A program made the translations under genes and the position numbers. A stretch of DNA of 61,707 nucleotides, counting the filler, from Dirinaria sp. TL-2023a (Eukaryota), in assembly GCA_051941275.1 (NCBI GenBank). It is 7 parts of 7 records of this genome, joined end to end, with 100 filler letters (N's around TTAATTAATTAA, not from the genome) between each part and the next. Parts side by side here need not be neighbours in the genome. Positions count along the whole stretch, not along the records: positions 44,183 to 52,901 come from JAVEBF010001147.1; positions 53,002 to 61,707 come from JAVEBF010001148.1; 5 more parts are not named here. The stretch is one strand, 5' to 3'. A model generated the notes under the pieces. It did no database searches. It was not told the origin of the DNA and was given only the letters and a program-made list of their open reading frames with translations. The first letter of the stretch is position 1. Every line of letters begins with the position of its first letter. This document shows, in pieces, positions 45,988 through 57,365 of the stretch.

Positions 45988-48900
45988 TCAGCTCCTCCCG
46001 AAATCCATTTTCAACGCAATACTCGGCTCGGCATCCTCCTTCCCTTCCAGCCGACCAGCGGCATCTCTGCTCCGTCCACCTTCTCTGAGGATCTTCTCCA
46101 TGAAACTTCGCTGATCGGGACCCAGCTTCGCCACCACGCTCCGAAAAGCGGCTTGTTCCGCGCTTGCAAGCTCGAGTAAACGTGCCGCTGTTTCTGCGAA
46201 TAAGGCGGTATTGGTGTCCTTAGGGTTATTAGCAGTGGCTGAGGCGCGCGAGAGGAGTAGTGGGATCATGATGCTCATTGCTGCTGTGGACCGAGCGAAG
46301 TCAGGGGAGAGTGTGGTGGTGAATGTTGTTAGGGTGTGCACGATGGTACTGCGGGTGTTCTCTGGATCGGCTTGCGATGTATCTTGCACGAAGAGAACAA
46401 GTCGGGGGAAGATATATCGAGCTATCGCTTCATCTGATGCGGACTTGGGGCTGATGTGGAGGAGTGAGCGTAGACAGCTGGCTGCGACCTTCGCTAAGCC
46501 AAAATCTTGGAGACAATCGAGCATCGAGTCCAGCGCCTTGTTGAGGAGAGGATCGTTGGGAGGGAGTGCGCGAGAAGAGCTTGTGAGAAGGATGGTGAGG
46601 GCGAGAAATGAGTTCTTTGCACAGGGTAGGGAAGCTTCGGATTCCCGCCTTTGGGCATTCAAAAGGATGGAGAGGAATCTTTGAAGACAGCCTAAAAGCT
46701 GGGCTGTCATGGTAGGAGATGGTGAGTCGGTTATAATGCTCTGTAGGAAGCGCTTGAGGATTGGCAGGGCTTGGGGGACGACGAGAGCCTGGCATGGGCC
46801 AGTGCCAAGGATTGTAGCGAAAACGTGTAGGATGCTGGCATGAAGATCGGTCTTGATGATGGGCGGAAAGATTGCTGAGGCATCTACGAGCGCTCCCAGA
46901 GCATCTCTTATCAATAATACTGCTTCGTCTGTCAGTTGAGGCCGGGTTGCAGGGTTGTGGTCCCCTAGGTTGGGAAGCAGGGTCGCAAGCACAAGGACGA
47001 TGATTCTCGTGAGTTCAAAGAGCTGCTCGATATCATCGGAAAGATGGTCCGATGCTTCATCTTCTTCCCTTGCAGATGGATGCGTGAGACACAAATTGCG
47101 AGCAATGTCCACCACGGTCCCTTGGACTTGCAAGCCCTCGGTGAGCGCTAGACGATCGAAAAGCTCAATGGTTTCCGAAAACACAACATCCCGAAAGATG
47201 GCGTTACCGGAAACGTTGGGACGAAGGATCTTCTTCAATGCCGATAGGATCTCTGAGGTGTGCGCCTCTGGACTTAGGGAATCACTGCCACTCCTCGTGA
47301 GAAGAGCTTCAATTGCGATGCCGAAAAGCACAAAGAAGAAAGCTACAGGCTCCTCGCGGTAATTAATATCGCTATCAGTAATAGTCTCTCCGTTGACTTG
47401 TTTCGCGTTGGCTCTCCCGTCCAATGCATCAAACACGAAATCACTGTCTTGTTCGATGAGGCTAGCTATTGCGTCGACCAATTTAAGCCAGGATTCTTGG
47501 TAGAACTTCCGGGCATGTCAGCTTATGCCAAAAGTCGAGAGTATTGATAGAATACCTTCAGCAAAGTCTCTCGGTTCATAGCTGCATAGATTGTGTCGAG
47601 ACTCTCATCCAACCGAGGAGCACCCATGCTACTTGAGATATCCGGTTCAAATCGCAGGCGCGCAAATTCTTGCAACGACGACAGCCATAGCGGTGTGAGC
47701 TTGGCAACGTAAGGACCGACAACCTGCAAAAGGTAATCGCGCTCTGTACTGGCGACCTGCAATTCGGCCCATGCAGATAATACTGCCATTCTGACCATTG
47801 TCTTCGCGTTGGAACTAATGACCTGCAGCTCGCCAACAGCGGCATCTTCCGCATCGCCTGGAGAGTATCAGTTCGAATATTCCAGAATAAGCAGGAAGCC
47901 GTGGGGACTTACTCGTAAAGCTCTCTAAAGCGGTAATTAAGAACTTGAGTATCCGGCCCATACGCTCAACGTCAGTGACTAATCCCGTGGCGATAAAGGT
48001 AGCGCAAACATTCACGGCTGCTGAGGCCAAATCCGGCGAGGAGTCTGCACCAAAGGCAGGAGTCAAAGCGGAACTTATCTGCGCCTGATACTGCTCTAAC
48101 AACAAGGCTTCAGAGAAGTCGGGATCAGGCGTATTCCCAAAGATCTAGTAGAAGTCAGCCAGGGAACCATCCTAAATTGGTTGAAGACTTACCACTAGGA
48201 TTTGGTCGATGAGTCTGAGCCCTTGCGCTCTCAGCTCTACAACTGCAGCTGTAGAAGCAAGGAAAGCCATGCGAATGACATCTCCAATCTTCTGCTGTAA
48301 GACATGTCCAGCAACCGAGTCTTGATCTAAATCTCGATCTTTACCGATTATTGCGATGAGGTCAGAGAGGCATTGCAATGCGAACGAACGAGCTTGCCAT
48401 CGTAGCAATTCTTGGCTAACCCCTTGTGCGCTTGCAGGCTCTTCGTCTTTGCCTTCACTGGCCGCGAAACCAGCCACTTCTTCGTCTTGCAGATCAGGAA
48501 CGGCCGAAGCTTTGACAGCAGGAGTTGCGGGGACGTCTGCTTGCCTAGTCGTACTCTGCGTCAATATGCGCTGACATCGCGCTATCCAGGTGCCGGCCTC
48601 TGTTAGGCTAGACTGTCCAAGCCATGCTTGGATCATGTTTCGGAGGCCTTCCTGTTCAGGATTGTCACTGAGTAGAATCCATAGTTGCTCTTCAATGCCA
48701 TCGCCAGCAATTCGTAGCACTTGCTCGGCGTCACGTCTCATCAGGGTGTAAAGACCGTCGATAGCAACGTCACGAATTGGCATTTCAGAGGACTCGAGTC
48801 CTGCCCGCAGCTGATGGACATACTTTGGAAAATCGGTATGCTTGGGATCGTAAAGATTGAAGTGCTCCCAACAACGTAAGCTTTCTATTTGGACCACGGC

Positions 48901-51900
48901 TGACGTATCCAGCTCAAATTCCTGTACAAGGCGTAACATGAGTTCCCGTGCTTTGCTCATATCCTGCAGATCAGGTCCTAGGACGTTGATGAGCGAGTCT
49001 GCACAATGCGCGATGACTGCAACTGTAGGAAGTTCAAGCTCGGTATTGGAGGTTGTCACCATGGCCGACTCGCTGTTGTGGGAATCACAAGTCCACAATT
49101 GAGCTATCAAACCTAACGTGCTCGCCACGTAGCCGGAGAACGCTAGGCCTGCAGAGTCGGCAACTTTCGACAGTGCTTCAATGGCGCAGAAGTGAACAAT
49201 TGGATTTGGATCACTGCATAAAGACAGCAATATACCGTGTATTTTTTTCAAGTGCAAGCCTGCAGCCATGCCACCGACGTGAGCATGAATTGCACCAAGG
49301 GCCATAGCGCAGCCAGCACGAGCATTGGGATCTCGGTTGGCTACAATGGTATCAACCAAGGCATTGACTTCGCTAGTTGTAAAAGCGTTCCCAGAGCTAT
49401 TGCACAATCTACCAAGGGCTTCATATGCGATGTTTCGCACATACTGGTCGCTATCCATAATAAGTCCCTACGACTCTGGTCAGCAGGTTGCACTTATTTA
49501 CGAGACGGCAACGGACCCTTAAAAGGCCTTGAAGGCACTTTTCGATTGCTTGGTGTCTCAAATCTCCTGGCTCAGCAGTGGTTTCGCCAAGTGCAACCTT
49601 AAGAGCACTCAAAAGAGCCATAGCAGTATTGACGGTGATGGCTGCCCTTCTACCTGGGTCTCTGTGCAAAGTGGGCGAGGAAAGGATCGTAGCCAACTGC
49701 TCAAGCACGGCTTCTTGAACCTTTGCACTTTGCAATGGGAGCGCTGAAGCAAACACAGCCATTGCGGAGTTGACAACTTCCGTCGCGGGTGGGTCTGGCA
49801 GATCACTGGAGATAGTTTCTCCCTGCAAATGAAGAGAGACAGAGTCATGTTCGCGAGCTCCGCAAATGGGTGCCAAAATCTTGGCTCGTTAGTGACAAGC
49901 GGTTGCAATAAGTTGGAAGACTTACCTCTTCATCCATTTCGCCTGGGGTTTCTTTCAGCCAGTTTGGTCGAGCTTCCAATACTTGCTCACCAGGAAAGGG
50001 CTTGATATTCCAGCCTTTGACAAGACCAGTAAGGCCAAAAGCTGTATTATCCGCGATCTCCCATATTCCATCAAAGGTCCCTGCCGAGTTTGCTATGGAC
50101 GAATTGAGCGAACCCGGTGTGTAACTTTCTGGGTCTGCAAAGATCGTGACAGCAAGATTCAACAGGTTTGACTGGGCCAGTATCTCACTACTCGCGAGCG
50201 GACTGAAACAAATCAATTTCGTGTAGCATTGTAGAACCCTCCGTCGCACCATCAGGACCAGGTCTGAAATCTGTAAAGAAGATGTACTTTTGGTCAATGC
50301 ATCATCTATGCCTCTCCGAGCCGGTATCGTCTCTAAGAATTCCATAGTATTTTGCAGCATCGTGGCAATGCGCTTGGATACATCGGTCGTCACCAACTTG
50401 CCATTTGACTCGAGGAAAGAAAGAATTGATCCAAGTGTGCACTCTCGTACATGGGTCAAATAGCTGATCTCTGCAGATTGACGTTGCCCTGCATTTTCTT
50501 TGGTCAACGGTCTGGGCAGGGCATTCCGCCAGAGAAGCAGGAATTGTGAAAGATGGATCTTTACGAAATTCGGGCCCAGAGACATGAGGCCACCGATCAG
50601 GATCCATGCAACTTGTATCTGAGTCCCCGCAATACGCAGCTCTGCTTTGCTGCTAAGTTTGAGCAGGTCAGTGGCTTTCGTTAAAACGCGAGAGCTGACT
50701 TCAAGAGAGCCATGAAGTGGCCGCAGAGGCGAGACACTCAAGACTGTAGCAAGACTATTCGCATAACCAACACAACGACGAGAAGAGTGACGGCCTGTAT
50801 TCAAGAATCCTAACTCTCGATTAAGCGTGTTCATACAGATTGTAGCAGATGATAAGAGCTGCTGCGGACAGGCTAGAACCATAGCTCGCATACAATGGGC
50901 TGAGTGGATCTGCACAGTATAGCTGGTATGCTGTAATATTTGGAACAGCGCTTCACGGCAACTATCAGCAAGTGCGCTGAACGCAGACCCCAATGATTGG
51001 ATCAAAAAGGCAAGTATCTCAAGTGCTCCCACAAGCGCATGCTTTGAGGGCTCAGCGCGCTCCTTGACGACTTGTGGGTAGTCCTTGAGCACGTCGTTAA
51101 TCAAGGTCTTGGCGGCATTGATGCGGCCAGTCTCTCCAAGGATCTGTAAGCCTACAATGTCTGCCAATATCTTTTTAATGGCTTTGCGAGCGGTGAGCAG
51201 CTTATGGCGATCATTAACCACGGAAGGATTGCTTAGAATGTCTGACAGGAGGTGGTCAACGATTCTCCCGTAGGATCTTTCGATCAAGGCAACATCGAGC
51301 CCCTGGAGAACGATCCCATAGCAGCGGACGACGGCAGCTTTGGCCCTGTTACTGGTGGTGGGTCGTACATATTGCGTAGATAATTGTTTTAGTAGATCGC
51401 CCAAAGTCAATTCTAATCGCGTACTACCACGTTTGGCCGAAGGCGATTCTGCTCGTGGTCTGTCCTCTTCAATTTCCTCAAGCGCTGCGGAATCTTTCTT
51501 CGCCGGTTTCTTAGGCTTCTTGACCTTCACGATTGATTTCGTTGAAGTGTTCTCAGAATATGACTTGATCAAAGCAGCTGCGAGACAAGCAGCGGCTGCA
51601 TGTCGTGCGGCAGGTATCGGACTGTCAGTAACTCTCCACACTGTGGACTTGAGCGACTCGAAGTCACTGATCGTGTCGAAATAGTCAGTGGACTTGACCA
51701 GCTGTTCAAGTGCTGCGCAAGCTTTCGCTTGTACCAGAGCCGCTTTGTCATTGGTGGCGACTGATCTGGCGAATTTCCAGATGTCTCGTGCTACAACCTC
51801 GTCGAGGGCGCCTCGGACAGCACAAGCGATACTCCCCAAAGCCCTCAAGATCGCAGCCCTTAGCCCTGCATGATTCTGAGCTAGTTTTGACAAGCGCATC

Positions 51901-52397
51901 AGGCTCGAGCAGGCAAGGTTCGAGAGGGTTATGGCACTATCCCCGGCTGCTTTGTAGACCTCCCCCAGGCAGTATACCGCCGCATGCCTGTTTTGCAGCG
52001 CTTTTTCGTTCTTCCCAGCATTGATAGTCGCGAGGAGGCGATTGATCGATTCGTACAGCGGCTTTCTATCGCCACGGCCCAGAATGTGTGAAAAACATCT
52101 GCCCAGGTTATTCCTAATTACCCTTGTAGGTGCCGGTGTAGAGAGATCGATGATCTGGAAAAGCTCTTCCTTGAGCACCGACTGTGCGGCACATACACCA
52201 TCGTGATCAAGGGCCGTGACGTGACTCCGGAGATCTGTGACAAAGGTGAAGAGGTAAAGGTCCTGCTGCTCTGAAGGGAGCGAGTGTAGCTTCTTGATGT
52301 CGAGCTTGTTTGTCGGGCTGCCATTGAATCCAGAGCCGGAGGTTCCAGACGTACTACCATTGACCTTTGGTTGGACCACCTGCGGAGACTTGGACAT
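45988..52397 (-). CDS. LAA1: HEAT-repeat AP-1 accessory protein Laa1/HEATR5, ~2053 aa; complement(join(45988..47505,47556..47857,47913..48144,48193..49467,49517..49879,49926..52397))
   Basis: LHSLPSEQQDLYL, QIQVAWILIGGLMSLGPNFVKIHLSQFLLLWRNALP, PICGAREHD, DPNARAGCAMALG, DVIRMAF, LLEQYQAQISSALTPAF, EFARLRFEPD, PSIALKMDF. All five introns splice in frame. Confidence 0.92.
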
Positions 52398-52901
52398 ATC
52401 AGTGATTGAAGGCTTCCAGAATTCAGGAGAAATTATCAGACCTTGAAGTCGTTCTTGGATCTTTCTCAGAGGACGTCCTCCGGTAATTCCCCGCACGATT
52501 TTGACGGCCAGTTGACATTCCTCGAATGTACAGATTAGCTCTACTGTTTACACCACAAACTGTTAGATTTTACAAGCTTTCACAATTCTTCACAGAAACT
52601 CAAAAAGTAGAAGTTATCTCATGAAGATGTTTTAACCAGACTATTCCTTTACATGGCTTCAGAATTTGTCCCCAATCAGCAACATTGGCTTGGCATATAA
52701 TTGTTGAAGATGAGGCGATTCTGCAGAAGGGAACGTCTGGATCAATATCCCATTGAGCGACATCTTACGCTTTTGACTGTGATGCAAGCTCCGCCAGCGC
52801 TCGACGCCGCGCTAGGATTTACTCTATCAAGTCCTGAGTGGAGCCCAGAATTATCCACTCTCCCACCGGCCCATTTACGCCATGCATAAATATGTTCCAT
52901 C

Positions 52902-53001
52902 NNNNNNNNNNNNNNNNNNNNNNNNNNNNNNNNNNNNNNNNNNNNTTAATTAATTAANNNNNNNNNNNNNNNNNNNNNNNNNNNNNNNNNNNNNNNNNNN
53001 N
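52902..53001. other. Artificial contig spacer
   Basis: N44-TTAATTAATTAA-N44. Confidence 0.98.
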
Positions 53002-53004
53002 AAT

Positions 53005-55149
53005 TTAAGCTAGGCTATACAGCTTGATCGTCTCGGCCAATTTGGCGCACTCGTGGGAAAAATCCAGCGGGACGGCGCCGGAGACTTGGTATCGAACTCT
53101 AAATGATAAAAACCAATGGTTAGAACACTTTTAACAAAATACTAAAATCCGTTGAGGGAAGCGCGGGTTGGGGGGAAAAAACAAAAACACATACCGCTGC
53201 TGGTCCTGGAAATTATCCATCTTGGCCCTACACTTAAAGTTCCAGGTCTTGCAGTTCGCGTTCTGGAACACGGCGTCCTTGGCCGCCGCGGCATCGTCCG
53301 TCTCTGCGAGCTCCATCAGCTGGTCGGCGCTCATCCCCATAATCGCACGGCCCACGTCGTCGAAGCAGTTGAGGTACATCTGGCCCGTGTGGTCGCCGAC
53401 ACTGATGGAGATGATGTACCGGTACTGGGGTCTGGGATGGGTCTTGTCGCAGCGCTCGCAGCGCCATTCCCCCGGCGCCGTCTCCACCACTTTCTTGTTG
53501 CACGCCTCGGACAGGCAGGCCGGGTAGGCGAAGTTCTCCTGCTTCACGTAGATGATGGTCGCTTTGCAGCTGAAGTAGTCCGTCGTCTCCGACATCCCCA
53601 GCTGTTCTTCTTTCACTTGTAGGATTGTTTTGTAGGGATCTCCTCGCCCGCCGGCGGCTGAGAGGGAGGAGCCCCCGACCATGTTCGCGTGCGAGCTGAA
53701 GGTGTCGTTCCGCCCTTGCGCGTCGTACCACCCTTTTAACTTGTGCGCGTCGTCGATGTCCGGGTCTACTGTCATCGAACCGGAACTCAGGAGGCTGAGG
53801 GTCCGGCCGCCGAAGTCGGAGACTTTGACCCCCTTGAAGGCGATCACGGATTCTTCCTTCACGTCGAAGGTGGTCGCCGTGTTGCCCCAGATTGTCAGGC
53901 GCACCGAGTACCCGGTGTTGTCGACCAGGGTGAGTTCGCGCTTGTGGTAGGGCTTGCTGGTGGTTTTGGAGGTGATTTGCGATACTTCGGCGACTTCTTT
54001 CAGGATCCCGATGGTGTCGATTGTGGTGTCTTTCTCGACGGTTTGGAGGTCACCGATGTTGGTGAAGTTGAAGCGAACTTGTGGGACACCTTCCTGCTCT
54101 TCGGCCTGAGTAGGAGGGTTAAGGTTAGCTGATGTGGATGTGCGGTGGTAAGCGCAGTGGGATGTGTACCTTCTCTACAACAGTATCTCGCTCGAATGTC
54201 AACTCGTAGTCATTGTTGAGATTCGTGAACTGCTTTTTTGCCAGTTGAACGCGACATGGACTTGTAATGTAGTAGACACCGCCCTCTTGAAAAGTTTCAT
54301 AAAGCGCATCGCATTGATCGTTGAAGCCCGTGCCTCGGATCTCGCCGCTCTCGTCTAAGAAGTTTGCGCTGAACAGCTTCCCTTCGCCGTTTTTGTTGTG
54401 CCATGTCTTGATCTCTGATTTGTGGGTACATCGCGCCTTGATGGTCCATTTGTGGGCATAGGGCGATAGGGCTTCTATTGGGTAGATATTTGCATGAGCG
54501 CTGGAGCTTGGGGCGTGCGTTCTGGACGGGAGAGATTGTTGCTCCGCAGGCTTGCTACCGTAGAATCCATTGGTACTCATCGTCGTAGTGTTTTGTGGCT
54601 GGGCATCTTCCGGAGTCGGTTCCAGCGCTTTTGGTTCGCCAATCTTTTCGCAGGCTCCAAGCTCCTCCAAGACTTCCAGATCGAGTACTATGAGTATCCT
54701 GTACACCAGTTCAGCCAGGTTCAGATGAAAGAATGCTAACCTGAGCACCTCTTGCCCTTGACTGAATTGGCCTGGAAGGTCTTTAACCGCACAAAACAGC
54801 CTTTGATCAGCTTTCCCTCTGTCACCATCCAGTTCGACTCTTCAGCCAGTCAGCGAAAAGAACTTGGACAACGTATGTGTTTCCGTCCGAGGTGCTTACG
54901 CGTAGCCAGCATGCTCTGGACAAAGTTCGAGATATCGCTGAAGACTACTCGATAGCGCTCTTGGTTCGCCTGGGCAGTAAGAGGTTTCACCTGGACACAT
55001 TGGAGGACGGGTTCCGCTGGAGGATCGCCAGTGGGGTTGAAGATGGCACTGATACAGTGTAAGCATCCGCACCTACGTGCAGGGTTCAGATAGCTTGATA
55101 CATACTGAAGCGTTCCTGGCTTGACGTGAGAAGCACCATTTGCCGCCAT
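53005..55149 (-). CDS. RFA1: Replication protein A 70-kDa subunit, 605 aa; complement(join(53005..53098,53195..54105,54170..54698,54749..54839,54900..55048,55106..55149))
   Basis: PVLQCVQVK..ERYRVVFSDISNFVQSMLATQ; IYPIEALSPYAHKWTIKARC; GEGKLFS; LAKKQFTNLNNDYELTFE; GVKVSDFGGRTLS; zinc finger YPAC..CNKKV..WRCERC. Confidence 0.96.
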
Positions 55150-55265
55150 AGTTTCAATGAACAGTGTTTTAGTCTTTCAGCTTCAAGAGCTATCTAGTGA
55201 GATAAGGTAGATGGAACACTTTAGTCTGTGGATCCGAGAACCTCAAAAATAACGTCATTGGCGAC

Positions 55266-55357
55266 CGCGAAAGATTTGTGCAGGTGAGAGCATGCCTGAT
55301 ACTAAGTACTTTACGATTATCTTGAATCACTGACTACACGCGCGCTATGTTACGCGA
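55266..55357. promoter_or_regulatory. MCB/SCB-like elements upstream of RFA1
   Basis: CGCGAAA (55266), ACGCGCGC (55338) and ACGCGA (55352), 115-210 bp upstream of the ATG. RFA1 is an MBF target in yeasts. Confidence 0.4.
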
Positions 55358-56144
55358 CCTTATCACCGTGTTTTTAGCTTGCGTCAAAGTAGGCGCTTAG
55401 TAATGGGTTTAGGCGCTAGTCACACAGCCCTAAGATAGCCCTCAACCTCTAGCCCAGCTCACTTAGCATCTTTGAAGATACAGCAGCAAGCTGGAGCACG
55501 ATCAAGTCTGTGTGTCTCATAGGTTACTAACCCTCCCCGTAAGCTGCACTTACCGTTCAAAGCCGTCGCTTAGGTGCTTCTTAATTGCTTGTATCGATTA
55601 TTTAGTGAGAATTGTTATTCTGCTGATTTTTTTTTGCGATCCCATTGCCGAATCACACTCTACTTACTGACACATCGTCCTCGCCACTACTTATTCCGTG
55701 AGCTTCAGATTTAAGTATGCTCATTTTCTCTGCTCCGACAGAGTGCGAGTTCCGGCCAAGAACGATTCAACGAAGTGACGAACGTGCCATCTTCAAAAAA
55801 ACAAATTGTTAAAGATTGAAGAAATGAAAGAAAAATAAACAGAGAAAAAAGGCTTGGAGGCATACTACCGAGTGAAAATGGGTCGTGGGGAAAGTGGGGT
55901 GTCAGTATGTAGAGTAGGACGATGTGGCGGCAGTGGGACTCTTTCGGACGTCCAAAATGCTCAGTATCATCAGCGCCTGTCCTTAACATCCGCCCACGCG
56001 CCCAAGCGGAACTTGTTAGCCTACAACGCTTATTGATTGTGGCCGATTGCGTCGACGTACACGCGATGAAAGTGCTTCGACCGCAATCTGGGAAGGATGG
56101 CTTCGGTGCTTCGTCAGAGTCCACCTTAGGACTACGCCGTTAGG

Positions 56145-57365
56145 ATGTTTCTCGTCACAACGATCTGCTCCATAATTCTTTGGGCTACAATTGGCGAGTC
56201 GAGAGTGCTCAGTCTTAGCCAAGATGCTGACGCTCCGACTCCCTTTGATACTACCTACAATCCAGCGAATATATCAGGATTCAATGCTCCTTTTTTGCGC
56301 TTTGAGAATGCTAGTCTATCGGCTGAGACCTTGAGGGAGCCTGAAGAGATAACGCGCAACTTATCGACTTTATTGTCTTCGGGAAGGCCAGTTTGTGATG
56401 CCAGATCTGGTTCCGTTCCTCCAGGCAGCTGCCAGCAGGCACTCGCTCTACTTCCGCGAGATGGGCGGAGAACCTCCTTCGGAAGAAGGTCCTTCCCGGG
56501 CCCTGTCGATCACGTACTGCCTTACACTGTGATCAGCTGTTAGTATATTCGCTTATAAGGATACCCGCGTCTTTTCCTTTGGTTACGTTACAGTGGTATA
56601 GGTGATAAGGTCCATAAGACTGATAAAGCTACCGACCAGCTGATGGACTTTGCTCCATCCAAATATACATAGCCCGGTTCATCCCCGAACGAGATGATGA
56701 AAACAACAACCGCATTGCAGAGGCCGCTCAGAGCATTTGGAACGATTGCACGGCTAATGGGGGCAAGGGTGGCGTTGTTGGAAACCTAGGTGAGTGGCAG
56801 AGCCACGCCAGGATAGCCAGGCGATCTGGTAGAGTGAGAACAAGGCGTCCTGATACGTCGAGGTCACGATAGGGGCGATAGGAGCTCTAGCTGTCAGTAT
56901 GAAACCGACTGGGATCCAACCAGCAAAGCTAGACTGTTTCGAAATTCCAACAGGCCGGCCACCAACCGAGAAAGGCTGCTCCAATACACTGAACATGATT
57001 CCTTACAATAATGTGGTACACCATTTTGGCCCGCGTGGATATCGTGGGGTAGATGTCCCCGTGCCTCAGGCATTCAGAGAACGCGATCCTCCAGCATCGG
57101 GATGCAACATAGCGTTGGATACGGAGGACCGTGCCGTCATTCCTTTCAAGTGGAATAATTTATGGCTTCTTGGCACCGTCATCAATTCTGCATGCGTCCG
57201 GCAAGGAAAGGGGGGAGTATACCACTGGAATGGTAAGCTTTCAACTCAAGGTAAACTACGGTCGTTCCATTGCAAAGAAAGCTGATGCAACCCACCACAG
57301 TTGGCGATAAGAAAGGAGTTATAGGGATTTGGAACGAAGAATCAGTCGGCACGGATACGGCGTGA
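56145..57365 (+). CDS. Secreted effector-like protein with two tandem Cys-patterned domains, 322 aa; join(56145..56538,56640..56789,56873..57232,57301..57365)
   Basis: Signal peptide MFLVTTICSIILWATIGESRVLS; three canonical introns (GTTAGT, GTGAGT, GTAAGC donors) give one open frame; each repeat reads C..C..L..(F)G.R...D..(L/V)P......C.I....(I)..C...GKGG. Confidence 0.75.

Noticed and set aside
8756..53001. Regularly spaced TTAATTAATTAA repeats as a biological periodic element or CRISPR-like array
   Set aside because: Always embedded in exactly 44+44 N; an artificial six-frame-stop linker between length-sorted contigs.
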